Source: Mesorhizobium sp. (GTDB taxonomy: Bacteria > Pseudomonadota > Alphaproteobacteria > Rhizobiales > Rhizobiaceae). Taken from it: a stretch of DNA of 64,000 nt. The DNA is taken from assembly GCA_051954615.1 (NCBI GenBank), contig JBQCHN010000096.1, forward strand, positions 17,030-81,029, read 5' to 3'. Below the pieces are notes generated by a model. That model searched no databases. It had not been told where the DNA came from and was given only the letters and a program-made list of their open reading frames with translations. A program made the position numbers and the translations under genes. Shown piece by piece: positions 62,627 through 64,000 of the stretch. Each line of letters opens with the position of its first letter. Position 1 is the first letter of the stretch.

Positions 62627-63573
62627 TGCAGGCGCTCCGCCGAACTTGCGTTGCCTTTGCGGAAAGACGGCCGCAACACATTGATGGCACTGCGCCAACG
62701 GTTACTCTTCTCGGCGTGAAGATCGCGAGAATATCGGCGTTCAATGAACCATTGGCCAATGTTGGCAATCGTCGTGAGGACGAGGTACCAGATGCTTGCA
62801 ACTACCAGCAGCTCAAGGATTCGGAAGTTCTCGCTGTAAATCCTTGTCGCCTGTGTCAGCAGGTCGCCGGCAGAGATCACCGAAACCAGGGACGATGTCT
62901 TGAGCAGGGAGATAAACTGGTTGCCAATCGGAGGAACGATCAGCCGCATGGCTTGCGGGAAGACTATGCGCGCCATGACCTTGAATGGAGGAAGCCCGAG
63001 CGCCTTCGCAGCTTCGACTTGCCCCTTGTCGATGCTTTGGATTCCGGCGCGGACAATCTCCGACATATAGGCGGCTTCATTCAATCCAAGGCCAATCAAT
63101 GCCGTGACGACCGCGGTCATGATCGTATTCATGGGCATAGAGAAGAGGACGTTGCCGCCGGGCAGGGACAGCGAAAGGTTAGGAAATATGATGCCGATGT
63201 TGAACCAGAAGATCAGCTGGACGAGAACCGGTGTGCCTCGAAACAGCCATATGAATGCAGAAGCAATGATATTGGTGACGGGGTTGGCCGAGAGGCCCAT
63301 GATGGCAAGCACGACGCCAAGAACAAGCCCGATGAGCATCGATCCGCATGTCACGTAGATCGTCAGTTTGAGACCATCCAGGATCCGGGGGTCGAGGAGG
63401 AATTCCGGCACCGTTGCAAAGTGGAAAGAGTCGTTATTGCCGACGTGGAATATCAGCCAAGCTGTCACTGCGATCGAGAAGATGCCCGCGATCCACCGCC
63501 AAGGATGCGACTTGCTCACGGTGACAAATTCATGTTCATCGTTCATCGCGGGCACCTTTGAAAATACTGGCAA
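62623..63573 (-). CDS. amino-acid ABC transporter permease (His/Glu/Gln/Arg/opine family)
   Basis: Hydrophobic protein with the loop [22 protein letters not shown]. The start may be ATG 63546. Confidence 0.88.
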   Translation of the reverse strand: MPVFSKVPAMNDEHEFVTVSKSHPWRWIAGIFSIAVTAWLIFHVGNNDSFHFATVPEFLLDPRILDGLKLTIYVTCGSMLIGLVLGVVLAIMGLSANPVTNIIASAFIWLFRGTPVLVQLIFWFNIGIIFPNLSLSLPGGNVLFSMPMNTIMTAVVTALIGLGLNEAAYMSEIVRAGIQSIDKGQVEAAKALGLPPFKVMARIVFPQAMRLIVPPIGNQFISLLKTSSLVSVISAGDLLTQATRIYSENFRILELLVVASIWYLVLTTIANIGQWFIERRYSRDLHAEKSNRWRSAINVLRPSFRKGNASSAERLQ

Positions 63574-63594
63574 GCCTAGTCCCAGTGGGCAGGT

Positions 63595-64000
63595 TCAGTC
63601 CTCTTTTTGGGAGGCGATGTTGTAGGTGGCTTTGGTGATTCCAATTTCGCCCAGCCCGTATTTGTCGAGAATTTGCTTATATTCTCCGCTCTCGATTATC
63701 GCGTCCAACCCCCGCATAAGGGCTTCTCTGATCTCAGCATTATTTTTCTGGATAACCATACCGTAAGGTGCGGGCAGGAATTGCCCACCTGCGAGTTCCA
63801 GCTTTCCGTCCGATTTCTGAGCCGTATAAGCCGATATCGGATAGTCATGCATCACGACGTCGGCGCGGCCGCTCTGCAACTGCAGAAGCGATTGTGTGTC
63901 CTCTGGAAATTCGTTTACGGTAACTTCGGGATTGCCGGCTTCAACGCATTTCTTCGATTGCGCCTTGGCAAGAGTGGTCGCCAAGTCACCCGTCTGCGAG
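63595..64000 (-). CDS. amino-acid ABC substrate-binding protein, C-terminal part (5' end outside window)
   Basis: The frame is open to the window edge. SGRADVVMHDYP..AGGQFLPAPYGMVIQK is a family-3 SBP pattern. Confidence 0.8.
   Translation of the reverse strand, partial: SQTGDLATTLAKAQSKKCVEAGNPEVTVNEFPEDTQSLLQLQSGRADVVMHDYPISAYTAQKSDGKLELAGGQFLPAPYGMVIQKNNAEIREALMRGLDAIIESGEYKQILDKYGLGEIGITKATYNIASQKED

Noticed and set aside
62626-63561. Plus-strand ORF 62626..63561 (311 aa)
   Set aside because: It is antisense to a clear amino-acid ABC permease, and its composition is charged and low-complexity.

Overview
The window looks like accessory DNA from a plasmid or chromid of a high-GC, Rhizobiales-type alphaproteobacterium. 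That taxonomic call rests only on gene content and codon style. All calls were made by eye from the sequence and the ORF track, with no searches run.

Left part (about 3.4-28.4 kb): a Tn7-like transposon. Its core is tnsA-tnsB-tnsC-tniQ on the + strand (3488-9714). About 19 kb of stacked cargo follows:
1. A six-gene, translationally coupled minus-strand operon (9732-18076). It encodes a beta-class N4/N6 DNA methyltransferase, a PLD-nuclease/SF2-helicase fusion, a 67-aa acidic protein, a DndD-like SMC ATPase, a DndE-like small protein, and an 841-aa protein built from RNA-polymerase alpha-CTD-like, sigma-70 region-4 and several winged-helix modules. No DndA/B/C sulfur-insertion genes are present. 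This is my top candidate for an undescribed defence or modification system.
2. An NYN-LOTUS protein, plus IS630 and LysR gene scars.
3. A CapP/CapH-like protease-repressor pair, divergent from an operon of DUF2188, a ubiquitin-like protein ending in Gly, a cysteine-free E2-like protein, a JAB-E1 fusion and a DUF6527-like Cys-cluster protein. This is a prokaryotic ubiquitin-like conjugation operon.
4. A 905-aa UvrD/HelD-like helicase.

The cargo modules are separated by copies of one repeat family.

Right part (28.6-64 kb): ordinary catabolic and transport DNA. It contains two GntR regulators, a Pot-type ABC importer, and a tandemly duplicated N-formylglutamate-amidohydrolase/DUF1989 pair. It also contains a three-subunit molybdenum hydroxylase, an acyl-CoA pathway cluster, a NitT/TauT-type ABC importer, an amidase and a LacI regulator with three candidate operators. 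An autotransporter, an aminotransferase and an amino-acid ABC importer complete it, with IS6, exonuclease-like and resolvase-like scars in between.

I saw no rRNA, tRNA or CRISPR array.
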